Below are positions 30,301 through 39,687 of a stretch of 64,000 bases of DNA, piece by piece. Numbering within the stretch: the stretch's first letter is position 1; each line of letters begins with the position of its first letter. A program made the position numbers and the translations under genes. The notes under the pieces were generated by a model. The model searched no databases. It worked only from the letters and a program-made list of their open reading frames with translations, and had not been told where the DNA came from. The stretch covers positions 144,924 through 208,923 of the forward strand of contig CAZEED010000002.1 of NCBI GenBank assembly GCA_964510945.1. Reading direction: 5' to 3'. The DNA is from an uncultured Candidatus Saccharibacteria bacterium (GTDB lineage: Bacteria > Patescibacteriota > Saccharimonadia > Saccharimonadales > JAGQNJ01).

Positions 30301-30388
30301 CTATCTTACGCCCCTAAGTTCAAAATTAGAGACATCGGCACCATATCAAAAATATGATTATATAACTAGCTTGCCACCAGTACTCTAA
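27380..30388 (+). CDS. Large membrane-anchored surface protein (~1000 aa), multidomain, function unknown
   Basis: TTG at 27380 or the in-frame ATG at 27401. TM helix LGICLLIIGLLGLSYLGFL. A SurA-N-like segment, Cys-containing middle domains, NPG and PPPPPQQP linkers, and a ~370-aa C-terminal domain. Confidence 0.7.
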   Translation: MQNEYQNMKDVNLPSNDIDADDLKASSSNKSEVIFGNVQKKSFFKNKKVLGICLLIIGLLGLSYLGFLNFYKTAEKQGFKDIVIGDTTITKADIDRYARSVENYKKDNPDLKFNQSASEIAIDDLVMNAALVKEAKERNKSLTEAELRKIYKIPKTTTDYQATIKSWKSYDGSGYFVYTGEENLQLRKKLTEDILAKKSIFLTAVNFDAPFFRLEKNDNKLRGYHEQAKERLTKELLPLFQKKLNKSEIAKKADVNYADNQKEPNDIYKLFMKKIVTTAGYMEQYSSSYVSNPKFNDMKTIEESGKLNESFYDLEDVDYGILINDLKNTNQEIDKLKNVGDYTGVFASKTGRYMIARLEKKSGGDYSNWEEFLNKYKEQSIPKENKISKSSQSNAKKSSNLFSQLVTPQTVKAQSGPADGCGNHQITASIALVFPNGASAQALVAISQAANVCLPGGASAWGDGYASISGTCWGSPPTSSYTLPSGYRVTADLTSTWSPSDTNAYHVWQRMVYLTRDYNPPPPNNNPGNPGGNPGGNPGNNPVEPTCSVNATLSQNPTTLQYNVTISWDSDHNQSQSLSWSGSGKSGVTVEQNVTSFPRTYTGTFTNGNFDPPRSVTCSDTVSLTTQPPPPPQQPSAPMLQPYMRVYGNDVIVGSVFKNDLGECDTTNHGQGITGVTGSEIIDNKRVFTGASGQFAVFDNIQGSGPEKYYGGIKRFFSDNQRSKASVDNTGTLGGAPLANDLTFGNHYSRYIPNNTGHGVDSNYPDWFKINSGRVPGYGGDSGVLMCIPNYYGDTQEAGVTPVNGGRLSEIANSLINPIPNGQRKVLLVNGDLFIDKDIKYENTSWNSVSAIPNVTVIVKGNIRIDKDVTQLDGIYVAQPKNSDSGNNPSDGGLIYTCSLTDEPYPIRDLRDNCGKQLVINGSFISKKVIFHRTKGSVRCMELLPATVPCTPAEPNEEASSDNIAEVFNFSPEAYLTPLSSKLETSAPYQKYDYITSLPPVL
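28961..28996 (+). repeat. Perfect 3x tandem 12-bp repeat (ggaaaccctgga) inside the surface-protein gene
   Basis: Three identical in-frame copies encoding GNPG-GNPG-GNPG. Confidence 0.9.
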
Positions 30389-30416
30389 AAACGCTTGCAA
30401 CTAACAGTTACGCTTA

Positions 30417-30425
30417 TGGTATAAT
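30417..30425 (+). promoter_or_regulatory. Extended -10 promoter (TGgTATAAT) upstream of the pil operon
   Basis: tatgGTATAAT, with TG at 30417-30418 and TATAAT at 30420-30425. It lies ~115 nt upstream of pilM. Confidence 0.45.
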
Positions 30426-30537
30426 TCTACCAAGTATGAGTATTAGAATTCTCTTGGTGGGATAAATAATACTCAGATTGGCATAATATGAAAAAATATT
30501 TAATCAAACTAAAAAATGAACATAGGATTTATCAGTA

Positions 30538-31578
30538 ATGGGTTTGCTTAGCGGATCAACAGATTTTTTTGGACTTGATCTTGGTACAACAGCGGCCAGA
30601 ATCGTTCAGTTAAGTGGCTCCGGACCCACTAAACAGTTGGTTAAATATGCTCAGGTACCAATAAATAGTGACGTTGCTTCTAGTGACTCTAATGCAGATC
30701 AGCAAAAAGTTGCCCAAGCCCTAAAAGAGCTAATTTCATCTACTCACATTAATACCAAAGATGTGGCTGTTGGTCTGCCATCCAACAAAGTCTTTACCAC
30801 AGTTGTAGATATCGATAGATTGCCGGTTAACGAGTTGGCTAATGCTATTCATTATCAGGCAGATTCGATCATTCCGACTCCTATATCTGAATCAAAACTA
30901 GATTGGGCAGTAGTGGGCAATTCCCCAAAAGACAAAACAAAACAAGAGATACTATTAACTAGTGTTACGAATGAATTTATTGAAAAACGTCTAGATATGT
31001 TGGAATCGATCGGGCTAAATGTAATTGCTTTTGAGCCGGACAATTTGGCGCTTTCCAGAGCCTTATTGGCTCCAGACGTTGCTAATCCGCAGATGGTTCT
31101 AGACGTTGGACACAAGACCACTGACATTGTAATTGTTATGAATGGCGCGCCTCGGTTAACTCGTTCTATACCTACAGGCGTTGAAGCAATTATTAGGTCT
31201 GCAACCCAAAACCTTAGTATCGACGCAAAACGTGCTGAACAATTTGTATTTAAATTTGGACTTGGCGAAGATAAATTAGAAGGACAGATATACAATGCAA
31301 TAGTTGGAACTGTCGAGATTATCATGAACGATATTCAAAAATCGATTAAGTTTTTTAGCTCTCGTTATAACGGCGCCACACCCGAGAGAATTATTGTTAG
31401 TGGAGCGGCAGTTACTATGCCTGACTTTCCAAAGTATATTGCCAATGTAACGGGTCTAAACGTTGAAATAGGTAATACTTGGCGAAATGTTTCGTATCCG
31501 TCGAATAAGGCAAATGAATTAATGGCTATTTCGAGCAATTTTGGTGTTGCTATTGGCCTTGCGGAGCGTAAAGCATGA
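30538..31578 (+). CDS. pilM: Type IV pilus assembly protein PilM (actin-like ATPase fold)
   Basis: FFGLDLGTTAARIVQL (phosphate-1 motif), the right length, and ATGA coupling to pilN. Confidence 0.85.
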   Translation: MGLLSGSTDFFGLDLGTTAARIVQLSGSGPTKQLVKYAQVPINSDVASSDSNADQQKVAQALKELISSTHINTKDVAVGLPSNKVFTTVVDIDRLPVNELANAIHYQADSIIPTPISESKLDWAVVGNSPKDKTKQEILLTSVTNEFIEKRLDMLESIGLNVIAFEPDNLALSRALLAPDVANPQMVLDVGHKTTDIVIVMNGAPRLTRSIPTGVEAIIRSATQNLSIDAKRAEQFVFKFGLGEDKLEGQIYNAIVGTVEIIMNDIQKSIKFFSSRYNGATPERIIVSGAAVTMPDFPKYIANVTGLNVEIGNTWRNVSYPSNKANELMAISSNFGVAIGLAERKA

Positions 31579-32270
31579 TTCAGTTTAACTTACTACCATC
31601 AGTGAAACTGGATTATATCAAAGCTCGTAGAACTAAGCGTTTAGTAATGTCAATTGCAGTGATTGCTGGCTTGTTTAGCTTTGCGATTTTCACTCTGCTA
31701 TTTGTAAATGTCAATATTTTGCAAAAGGGGCACATGACAAATCTGACAAAAGAAATAAATCAAAACACCAATAAACTAAAAGAAATTGAGGATATCGATA
31801 AAGTCTTAACAGTGCAAAACCAATTAGGTGAACTAACAGCTTTACACGAGAAAAAGCCAGCAGCTGATCGAGCTTTGACTTTTATTAGTCAAGTCACACC
31901 ACAAAAGGCTAGTACTTCACAAGTAAAAGTTGATTTTGAGGCACAAACAATGTCGATTAGTGGTACAACTGACAGTTTAGTAACTGTTAACAAATTTGCA
32001 GACACTCTAAAGTTTACAAAATATGTAGTCGGTAATAGCACCGATGAACAAAATGCTTTCTCGGAGGTGGTGTTAACAAACTTCAGTGTGTCTGGTAATC
32101 AGACTACATATCAGATTGACCTCAAATTTAACCCTGAAATCTTTGATAATACAAAGACCGTCAAATTATCGATTCCAAATATTATTTCGACTAGATCACA
32201 GACCCAAAAACCGAGCGATAATTTGTTCCAGCAACAACCAGACCCCACCAAAGCGAAAGGTAATCAATAA
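31575..32270 (+). CDS. pilN: PilN-like fimbrial assembly protein
   Basis: N-terminal IQFNLLP motif, then a single TM helix and a coiled coil. Confidence 0.65.
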   Translation: MIQFNLLPSVKLDYIKARRTKRLVMSIAVIAGLFSFAIFTLLFVNVNILQKGHMTNLTKEINQNTNKLKEIEDIDKVLTVQNQLGELTALHEKKPAADRALTFISQVTPQKASTSQVKVDFEAQTMSISGTTDSLVTVNKFADTLKFTKYVVGNSTDEQNAFSEVVLTNFSVSGNQTTYQIDLKFNPEIFDNTKTVKLSIPNIISTRSQTQKPSDNLFQQQPDPTKAKGNQ

Positions 32271-32278
32271 GGAAAGCT

Positions 32279-32941
32279 ATGAGTAACAAAAATTCACAAA
32301 AGCATAGTCAGGTCGAGAGATTAAATTCTACAGTTGTCTTAACTGTGGCGATTTCAGCCTTTATTGTCGTTTTCGCGTTAGTGGCATCTCGCGCGTTATG
32401 GACAAAGATGAGCTATCAGAATAGGGTAATTTCTGCTAAGGAGACAGCTAGAGATCAGCTGCGAGATAATCTGGATCAGGTTGATGATCTTGTGATTGCT
32501 TATAAGGCTTTTGCGGAGACGCCTAATAATGTTTTGGGTGGATCATCGTCTGGTAAATCCGAAAATAGCGGAGATAACGCAAAAATTACCCTAGATTCGC
32601 TACCAAGTAAGTATGACTTTCCGGCACTTACAACTAGTGTAGAGAAGTTAGTGAAGAGCACCGGCAGTGTGGTCGGCAGTATTAGTGGAACAGACGACGA
32701 AATTTCTCAGCAGTCTAAGTCAAAAGAAGGCGTTATAGATATGCCGTTTGAGGTGACCGCAAAAGGTAGTTATGATGGTATTTCTGAGCTTATGAAGGTC
32801 TTAAGCCTATCAATCCGACCTATAAGTGTTAAATCAGTTGAATTCTCAGGTACAAACCAAGATTTTAGCGTCTCATTATCCGCAAAATCTTATTATCAGC
32901 CAGCTAAAACTCTGGAAGTTAAAAAGAAGGTGGTGAAATGA
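32279..32941 (+). CDS. pilO: PilO-like pilus assembly protein
   Basis: Bitopic layout (TM helix, coiled coil, C-terminal domain). Assigned by position after pilN. Confidence 0.5.
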   Translation: MSNKNSQKHSQVERLNSTVVLTVAISAFIVVFALVASRALWTKMSYQNRVISAKETARDQLRDNLDQVDDLVIAYKAFAETPNNVLGGSSSGKSENSGDNAKITLDSLPSKYDFPALTTSVEKLVKSTGSVVGSISGTDDEISQQSKSKEGVIDMPFEVTAKGSYDGISELMKVLSLSIRPISVKSVEFSGTNQDFSVSLSAKSYYQPAKTLEVKKKVVK

Positions 32942-33183
32942 AACAAAAAGATATTGCAGTAATAATTCTTGTTATAGGTTTGAGCGGCATCATATCATTC
33001 TTTGTATCTAATCAATTTTTTGCATCACCTCATGATCTAAAAACTGTGGTAGAAGTGGTCGAGCCAATTACTTCTGAATTTCCTGAACTTGATAAACGAT
33101 ACTATAATTCAAAATCAATCAATCCAACGCAAGAGATTGTGATTGGGGATGATAAAAATCAACAGCCATTTCAATCCCAGTAA
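32938..33183 (+). CDS. Small membrane-anchored pilus-cluster protein
   Basis: 81 aa with one TM helix. ATGA overlap with pilO. Confidence 0.5.
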   Translation: MKQKDIAVIILVIGLSGIISFFVSNQFFASPHDLKTVVEVVEPITSEFPELDKRYYNSKSINPTQEIVIGDDKNQQPFQSQ

Positions 33184-33192
33184 GGACGTCGT

Positions 33193-34995
33193 ATGAGCGT
33201 CTTATCAGAAGATATCCAAAATCAAGTTGAAAAATCATTAATTGAACAAGATTTGATATCCCCGGAGCTTGCAAAAAAACTTCGGGCTAAGTCTAAGCAC
33301 GATCAAGTACCATTTATTCAGTTATTGGTTTCAGAAGGCGGGATAACTAACGAAGTCTTAACAAAAACTATAGCCGGTGTCACCAATGTACCCTATGTTA
33401 ACCTAACTAACGCAAAAATTGACCCAGAAATACTTGCATTACTTTCTCAGGATACTGCAGAAACCTATATGACCGTTCCGCTTGGAGAAATGCAACATCG
33501 TCTAGTCGTAGCAATGTTGGATGCTGACAATGTGCAGGCTATCGACTTTTTGGCGAATAAGATTGGGCGTCCATTAAAAGTATATGCTGCCAGTGAAGAG
33601 GGTATTAGACGAGTTCTGAGCCAATATCAGACAAAAATTGATCAATCGGTGGCTCGTGATCTGAAACAAGATGATTTGATTGAATCTCAGTCTGAGGATG
33701 CTCAAGCTAACACCAAATCTCAGCGAGAAATTGAAAGTGTGGTTCAGGATTCTCCAATTAGCAAAGCATTATCAGCGATACTAGAATATGCGGCGAATAA
33801 TAGGGCAAGCGATGTTCATATAGAACCTTTGCAGAATGAAATACGTATTCGAGCAAGAATTGACGGTGTGCTTCGTGAAATTATGCGACTTCCTAAATCA
33901 ACTGAGGCACCGCTAGTTTCGAGAGTAAAAATACTTTCTAGTTTAAAAATTGACGAACATCGAATACCTCAAGACGGCCAGTTTAGCGTGAGTGTTGGTG
34001 GGCGGGATATTGATCTGCGTATTGCAATTAGTCCAGTTGTTTGGGGCGAGCAAGTAGTCATTAGATTGCTCGATAAGTCTGGTACGAGTCTCAAGCTTGA
34101 AGATATGGGTTACATGGGCCGTTCGCTAAGCAGAATTCGCAAATCTCTGAAATACTCAAATGGTATGGTGCTCACATCTGGCCCGACAGGATCTGGTAAA
34201 TCTACCTCTATGTATGCCCTTATCCAAGAAGTCAAAAATGACCAAGTCAATATCGTAACCTTAGAGGACCCGGTTGAATATAAGATTCAAGGGGTTAATC
34301 AAATTCAAGTTAATCCTGATGTTGGTTTAAATTTTGCTGATGGACTGCGCTCTATACTCCGTCAGGACCCTAATATCATAATGGTGGGAGAGATTCGCGA
34401 TAAAGAGACAGCCCAGCTTGCTGTGCAGGCTGCTCTTACTGGGCATTTAGTATTTTCAACACTGCACACCAATTCGGCCGCAGGAATTTTACCAAGACTC
34501 TTGGATATGGGCATCGAACCTTTTCTAATAGCCTCTACGGTCAGGACTGTAATCGGTCAACGATTAGTTAGGCGTATTAGTAGTGTAGAGTCAGAAAGAG
34601 AAGCCTATAAGGCTAGTGAGACGGAGATCGAAGCGATTCACGAGACTCTAGATCCTATACTTCCAGAGAAAAAAGAAGATCTAGCAAAATTAGCTGAAGA
34701 ACTAGGATATAAAAGCTTGCCTGAGAGAGGGCAAAGCGCTTATACTTTATACAAGGGCAAAGATAGTCCTGAAACGCCTGGTGGTTATAAAGGTAGAATG
34801 GGCTTGTACGAGGTTTTTGATATCGACGAAGGTATCCAAAGCCTGATTCTAAAACATTCAACTAGTGCAGAGATACAAAAAGCAGCTCAAGCACAGGGAA
34901 TGATATCGATGAGACAAGACGGTTATCTTAAAGCATTAGCAGGGTACACTACGCTGGACGAGGTAAATCGAGTTGCTGGCGCAGGCGGAGCATAA
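33193..34995 (+). CDS. pilB: Type IV pilus extension ATPase PilB (GspE family)
   Basis: Walker A SGPTGSGKST, Asp box, Walker B IMVGEIRD, His box FSTLHTN, and an N-terminal GSPII-like domain. Confidence 0.93.
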   Translation: MSVLSEDIQNQVEKSLIEQDLISPELAKKLRAKSKHDQVPFIQLLVSEGGITNEVLTKTIAGVTNVPYVNLTNAKIDPEILALLSQDTAETYMTVPLGEMQHRLVVAMLDADNVQAIDFLANKIGRPLKVYAASEEGIRRVLSQYQTKIDQSVARDLKQDDLIESQSEDAQANTKSQREIESVVQDSPISKALSAILEYAANNRASDVHIEPLQNEIRIRARIDGVLREIMRLPKSTEAPLVSRVKILSSLKIDEHRIPQDGQFSVSVGGRDIDLRIAISPVVWGEQVVIRLLDKSGTSLKLEDMGYMGRSLSRIRKSLKYSNGMVLTSGPTGSGKSTSMYALIQEVKNDQVNIVTLEDPVEYKIQGVNQIQVNPDVGLNFADGLRSILRQDPNIIMVGEIRDKETAQLAVQAALTGHLVFSTLHTNSAAGILPRLLDMGIEPFLIASTVRTVIGQRLVRRISSVESEREAYKASETEIEAIHETLDPILPEKKEDLAKLAEELGYKSLPERGQSAYTLYKGKDSPETPGGYKGRMGLYEVFDIDEGIQSLILKHSTSAEIQKAAQAQGMISMRQDGYLKALAGYTTLDEVNRVAGAGGA

Positions 34996-35007
34996 AGGGG
35001 GAAGAAT

Positions 35008-36096
35008 ATGGCAAAACAGACAACATCAGGACAGTTATCTATAAGAATAGAGCCGTTATTAGATGAGGTAGTAAAGAAAAAGGCATCAGATCTGCATCTG
35101 CAAGTTGGCTTACCGCCAATAATTAGGATTGACGGTAAATTAACCCCAGTTACCAGCGCTGATGTATTAACTGAAGAAGCTACCGAAAGTTTGATATTTG
35201 CCATTTTGGATGAAGACCAAAAACAGATACTTCTAAAAGATAAAGAATTCGACTTTAGTTTTGCGTACGGCGACCTAGGACGTTTTCGTGTAAATGCTTT
35301 TCATGAGCGAGGTAATCTGGCGGCAGCCCTTCGATTAATCCCGAATGAAATATTAAGCATTGAACAGCTGGGACTACCTCAAATAGTCAACAAATTCGCG
35401 GACTATCCACGTGGATTAGTGCTAGTTACTGGACCAACGGGTTCAGGTAAGTCTACGACTTTAGCGGCACTTGTCGATAAGATTAACAGCGAGAGGCCAG
35501 AGCATATTGTAACTATTGAAGATCCGGTAGAATTTACGCACAAATCGAAAAAATCTGTTGTTGTGCAGCGTGAAGTTCACTATGATACGTATTCTTTCTC
35601 TGCTGCGCTTCGCTCAAGTCTAAGACAAGATCCAGACGTTGTATTGATCGGAGAAATGCGCGACCTAGAGACAATAGCTGCGGCAATTACAATCGCAGAA
35701 ACAGGGCATCTAGTTTTTGCGACGTTGCACACTAACTCAGCTTCGCAATCTATTGATCGAATGATCGATGTTTTCCCTCCGCATCAGCAACCACAGATTC
35801 GTTCTCAGCTAGCTAATATATTAATGGCGATTTGTTCTCAAAGATTAGTACCAGCCATTGGCGGGGGAAGAATAGCTGCTGCGGAAATCCTTGTAGCCAA
35901 TCCAGCAGTTAGAAACATAATCCGTGAAGGCAAGAGCCATCAGCTCGAGGCTGTTATCCAAACCGGTGCAGAGACTGGTATGCAATCGATGGACAAAACC
36001 CTTGTTGGATTAATTCAAAAGGGCTCAATAACGTATGATGAAGCAAGAAATGTGGCAGTAGATCTAGATGAGCTTGACCGGATGATGAGAGGTTAA
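35008..36096 (+). CDS. pilT: Type IV pilus retraction ATPase PilT
   Basis: ASDLHLQVGLPPIIRIDG, TGPTGSGKSTT, VLIGEMRDLETI, FATLHTNSA and AVRNIIREGK. Confidence 0.95.
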   Translation: MAKQTTSGQLSIRIEPLLDEVVKKKASDLHLQVGLPPIIRIDGKLTPVTSADVLTEEATESLIFAILDEDQKQILLKDKEFDFSFAYGDLGRFRVNAFHERGNLAAALRLIPNEILSIEQLGLPQIVNKFADYPRGLVLVTGPTGSGKSTTLAALVDKINSERPEHIVTIEDPVEFTHKSKKSVVVQREVHYDTYSFSAALRSSLRQDPDVVLIGEMRDLETIAAAITIAETGHLVFATLHTNSASQSIDRMIDVFPPHQQPQIRSQLANILMAICSQRLVPAIGGGRIAAAEILVANPAVRNIIREGKSHQLEAVIQTGAETGMQSMDKTLVGLIQKGSITYDEARNVAVDLDELDRMMRG

Positions 36097-36123
36097 TATG
36101 GCTAAGATTCGCGGGGGCAAAGG

Positions 36124-37338
36124 ATGCTGACTTATAAGTACACAGCAAGGGAGCCGGTTACCGGTAAAAAGATTAGTTCTGAAATTAAGGCAGATAGTGA
36201 GCAGGCGGCTATTAAAGCTATTCAAAAAGACGGCTTATCGCCAATCAATATTATGGCCAAAGACGTCAATGCTAACTATATTGGACGATTCCGAAATCGT
36301 ATCAAAACTAAAGACAAGGTACTCTTTTCTCGGCAACTCTCAACCTTAATTAACGCTGGGTTGCCCCTTGTTCAGAGCCTTCGGAATGTTTCAGGCCAAA
36401 CTCAGAATAAAAACTTACAGAACGTAGTGAATATTGTTATAACAGACGTTGAGTCTGGCAAATCATTTTCTGAGGCCCTAGCAAAACATCCTAGTGTCTT
36501 CGATTCAGTTTTCGTTAATCTAGTCTCCGCTGGTGAGGCCTCTGGTACTCTAGATAAAGCGCTAGAGAGAATAGCAAACCAAAAAGAAAAAGACGCAGAG
36601 ATCATCAGTAAAGTACGTGGGGCGATGGTTTATCCAATTATAGTATTGCTAGTCATGATAGCAGTAGTAATTTTTATGATAGTTAGCGTTTTGCCGGCTG
36701 TGGAAGAGGTCTACAGGGGGATTCCAGGCGCTAAGTTACCTCTAGTAACAGAAGTATTGTTATTTGTGGCTCACTTTACTATTAAATACTGGTGGATAGA
36801 ATTGATTGTTATTGGGATTGTCATATTTTTGACTAGTCGCTGGGCAAGATCGTTGGGCGGTAAAAGGACTATCGATAGATTAAAAATGAGGATGTGGCCG
36901 ATAGGTAAGCTTTTTATGAAAATGTATATGGCGCGGTTTACTAGGGTTGGGTCAACTCTAGTAGCTAGTGGCGTGCCACTTATTCAGATGCTCGACATTA
37001 CCGGAAAGTCAGTGAACAATATTTATATTCAGGAGTCACTGCAAAAAGCTGTAGAGAAAGTAAAGGGTGGAGTAGCCTTGTCCGCCGCCTTAAAAGGTGA
37101 TGAAAATTTCTTAGAGCTAGTGCCTGATATGTTAAGAATTGGCGAACAATCAGGCTCAGTCGAACAAATGTTGTCAAAAACCGCAGACTATTATGAACGA
37201 GAAGTAGATAACGAAATTAGGGCAATATCAACCACTATAGAGCCAGTGTTGATGATAATAATGGGTATAGTTGCAATAACTATTGTTACTGCCATATTAT
37301 TGCCGGTATATAGCCTAGTAGGTAAAGATCTATTATAA
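36124..37338 (+). CDS. pilC: Type IV pilus platform protein PilC (GspF family)
   Basis: Two GspF repeats (FSRQLSTLINAGLPLVQSL and FTRVGSTLVASGVPLIQML) and three TM segments. Confidence 0.92.
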   Translation: MLTYKYTAREPVTGKKISSEIKADSEQAAIKAIQKDGLSPINIMAKDVNANYIGRFRNRIKTKDKVLFSRQLSTLINAGLPLVQSLRNVSGQTQNKNLQNVVNIVITDVESGKSFSEALAKHPSVFDSVFVNLVSAGEASGTLDKALERIANQKEKDAEIISKVRGAMVYPIIVLLVMIAVVIFMIVSVLPAVEEVYRGIPGAKLPLVTEVLLFVAHFTIKYWWIELIVIGIVIFLTSRWARSLGGKRTIDRLKMRMWPIGKLFMKMYMARFTRVGSTLVASGVPLIQMLDITGKSVNNIYIQESLQKAVEKVKGGVALSAALKGDENFLELVPDMLRIGEQSGSVEQMLSKTADYYEREVDNEIRAISTTIEPVLMIIMGIVAITIVTAILLPVYSLVGKDLL

Positions 37339-37417
37339 GAAGTAAATTTTTGTTGCATTTAGAATGTTAAAACAGTAGTATATTAACCATAAGCATAAAT
37401 AAGTATCAAAAAGGGGA

Positions 37418-37906
37418 ATGAAAATGGGCATCAAAGATATAAAAAGTAAAAGGCAAGAAGGTTTCACCATAATTGAGGTGATGATCGTGCTTGTTATAGC
37501 CGCGGTTATCTTATTGATGGTATTTTTGGCAGTACCGGCTTTACAACGTAATTCTAGAAATACCCAACGAAAAAATGATGTAGCAAATGTGCTAGCTGCT
37601 GTTTCTGAATACTCATCAAACAATAATGGACAATTGCCATCCGACCAAACTGAATTTGATAATAAAGTTATGACAAATGTAAAACTAGGATATTATGATG
37701 ACTCTGAAGTGCATTGGAATGATCCAGGGACTCCTTTAACCAGTGGTGCAATTACTAATGGTGAATCTGATTTATATCTTGGGACTGGTAGTAAATGTAA
37801 CGGTAATTCCGTTGATGCTGGTGGGGGATCATCTAGACAATTTCTTGCTACTTTTAATATAGAATCCGCAGGTGGTATAGATCAGGAGCAGTGCCAGGAA
37901 GGTTAG
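37418..37906 (+). CDS. pilA: Major type IV pilin (prepilin)
   Basis: Class III signal KRQEG|FTIIEVMIVLVIAAVILL with Glu at +5. The ATG at 37424 is better spaced from AGGGG. A strong terminator follows. Confidence 0.85.
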   Translation: MKMGIKDIKSKRQEGFTIIEVMIVLVIAAVILLMVFLAVPALQRNSRNTQRKNDVANVLAAVSEYSSNNNGQLPSDQTEFDNKVMTNVKLGYYDDSEVHWNDPGTPLTSGAITNGESDLYLGTGSKCNGNSVDAGGGSSRQFLATFNIESAGGIDQEQCQEG

Positions 37907-37928
37907 TGCCGAATAATTGTTGACTCGT

Positions 37929-37966
37929 AGAAACCCTTCATTAAGTTGAAGGGTTTCTTTTTGTTT
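37929..37966 (+). terminator. Rho-independent terminator after the pilin gene
   Basis: AGAAACCCTTCA-ttaagt-TGAAGGGTTTCT (a perfect 12-bp stem) followed by TTTTGTTTT. Confidence 0.85.
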
Positions 37967-37992
37967 TGTAGCCAAGTAGTATAAGCATAATA

Positions 37993-38808
37993 ATGATTTA
38001 TTTGATTTTAGCTTTACTCGGTTTGTGTTTTGGTAGTTTTGTTAACGCAGTTGTTTGGCGATTGCACGAGCAAGAAACACGAAAGACTAGAGACAAAAGA
38101 TTATCAATATTACGCGGTAGATCGATGTGTCCTTCGTGCAAACACGAACTGAAGGCCATAGATTTGTTACCAATTGTTAGTTGGGCGTCTCTTGGGGGTA
38201 AGTGCCGTTATTGTAAAAAGCCAATCTCTTGGCAATATCCAGTCGTAGAATTACAGACATCGATGATTTTTGTTAGTTCATATATATTCTGGCCCACTAA
38301 TCTTGATACTTTAGGCATGATTCAATTGACTATGTGGCTGATGCTTGTCATAGGTTTTATGGTATTGGCGGTTTACGATCTTCGCTGGATGATTTTGCCC
38401 AACCGAGTTATTTATCCGATGATTGTACTAGGAATCATATATGTAATGATTACTTGTATGATGCTCGGAACGACCGAACCTCTGATACAAGCCTTTTACG
38501 GCATCTTAGTATCCAGCGGTCTATTCTACGGCTTATTCCAGCTGTCTAAAGGCAGATGGATAGGTGGTGGCGACGTTAAGCTTGGCATAGTGATTGGGCT
38601 TATCATCGGTGGTGCTACGCAAGCACTGTTGGTCTTATTCATTGGTTCGCTGTTAGGTAGTCTTGTTTCGATTCCTCTGTTAATGTCTGGAGTTGGGAGG
38701 AAAAAGAAAATCCCGTTTGGGCCATTTTTAATTACTGCAACAATCATTGTGTTTTTATTCGGGGCTAGTATTACCACTTGGTACCAAAATACTTTTTTAG
38801 GACTTTAG
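37993..38808 (+). CDS. pilD: Prepilin peptidase (A24 family)
   Basis: N-terminal Zn-binding CPSC...CRYC, multiple TM helices, and the catalytic-Asp motif GGGDVKLG. Confidence 0.92.
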   Translation: MIYLILALLGLCFGSFVNAVVWRLHEQETRKTRDKRLSILRGRSMCPSCKHELKAIDLLPIVSWASLGGKCRYCKKPISWQYPVVELQTSMIFVSSYIFWPTNLDTLGMIQLTMWLMLVIGFMVLAVYDLRWMILPNRVIYPMIVLGIIYVMITCMMLGTTEPLIQAFYGILVSSGLFYGLFQLSKGRWIGGGDVKLGIVIGLIIGGATQALLVLFIGSLLGSLVSIPLLMSGVGRKKKIPFGPFLITATIIVFLFGASITTWYQNTFLGL

Positions 38809-38853
38809 AATAACTAACAACTGGTCTTAGTGCTTATGCTATACTGATAGTTA

Positions 38854-39687
38854 ATGATTATAGGGGTGAATAGTAATAATTCAGCCACTCATAAACAAAG
38901 TGGCTACACAATTATAGAAACAATGATATTTTTAGTGATATCAGGGGTAATTTTAGCCACCTCTCTTTTATTTTTTAGAGGCCGACAACAACGTATTCAG
39001 TTTACTCAAGGCACAAGAGAAATAGAAGCTGGGTTAAAAACTGTGTTAAACGAAGTTTCTTCAGGCTATTATCCGAATAAAGGCGATTTTAGTTGCACAG
39101 AAGGCACAGAAGGACCGGTGCTTGATTTTGATGTTTCAAGCGATCAAGGATCTAATGAGAACTGCATCTTTCTAGGCAAGATTCTAAAATTTAATACAAA
39201 AGGCTACACTGCCTATACGACAATTGGGTTACGAAAAAATGGCCCAACATTGTCAACTTCTTTAGAAGCTTCAAAACCGATGGTCTCAGAAAATATCACC
39301 GAATCTTACAAATTACCTTGGGGTATAAAGATTACAAAAGTCGTAAGCGTTAAAGACTCATCAAAATCAACTAGAAGTGCAGTTGGTGTTTTGTCGTCTT
39401 TAGGTAATTTTACACCTAATGAGGACGGTACTTCTTTTGATATTGCTTCAGGTTCGCAAACCGCGAGTTTGTTGCCGATCGGGAATAACCTTGATGATTC
39501 TCTTGAAGTATTCAAGGATAATGTTGAAGCGATGAAAGAAAGTGATAGACGGCCCGATAAGGTTGTAATCTGTATGGAGTCTGCCGGTGGCGATAGGCAG
39601 GCGGCGATAATTTTAGGCGGAAACAACAAACAGCTAAATACTGAGTTATTTATTGATTCTAATTTTTCGGAGTGTGAAGATGCGTAG
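38854..39687 (+). CDS. Minor pilin-like protein
   Basis: Prepilin signal KQSG|YTIIETMIFLVISGVIL. Confidence 0.7.
   Translation: MIIGVNSNNSATHKQSGYTIIETMIFLVISGVILATSLLFFRGRQQRIQFTQGTREIEAGLKTVLNEVSSGYYPNKGDFSCTEGTEGPVLDFDVSSDQGSNENCIFLGKILKFNTKGYTAYTTIGLRKNGPTLSTSLEASKPMVSENITESYKLPWGIKITKVVSVKDSSKSTRSAVGVLSSLGNFTPNEDGTSFDIASGSQTASLLPIGNNLDDSLEVFKDNVEAMKESDRRPDKVVICMESAGGDRQAAIILGGNNKQLNTELFIDSNFSECEDA

Noticed and set aside
30488-30538. A 16-codon upstream ORF (MKKYLIKLKNEHRIYQ) ending in TAATG, overlapping the pilM start.
   Set aside because: It has no RBS and is AT-rich sequence where short ORFs arise by chance. There is no supporting evidence for a leader peptide.
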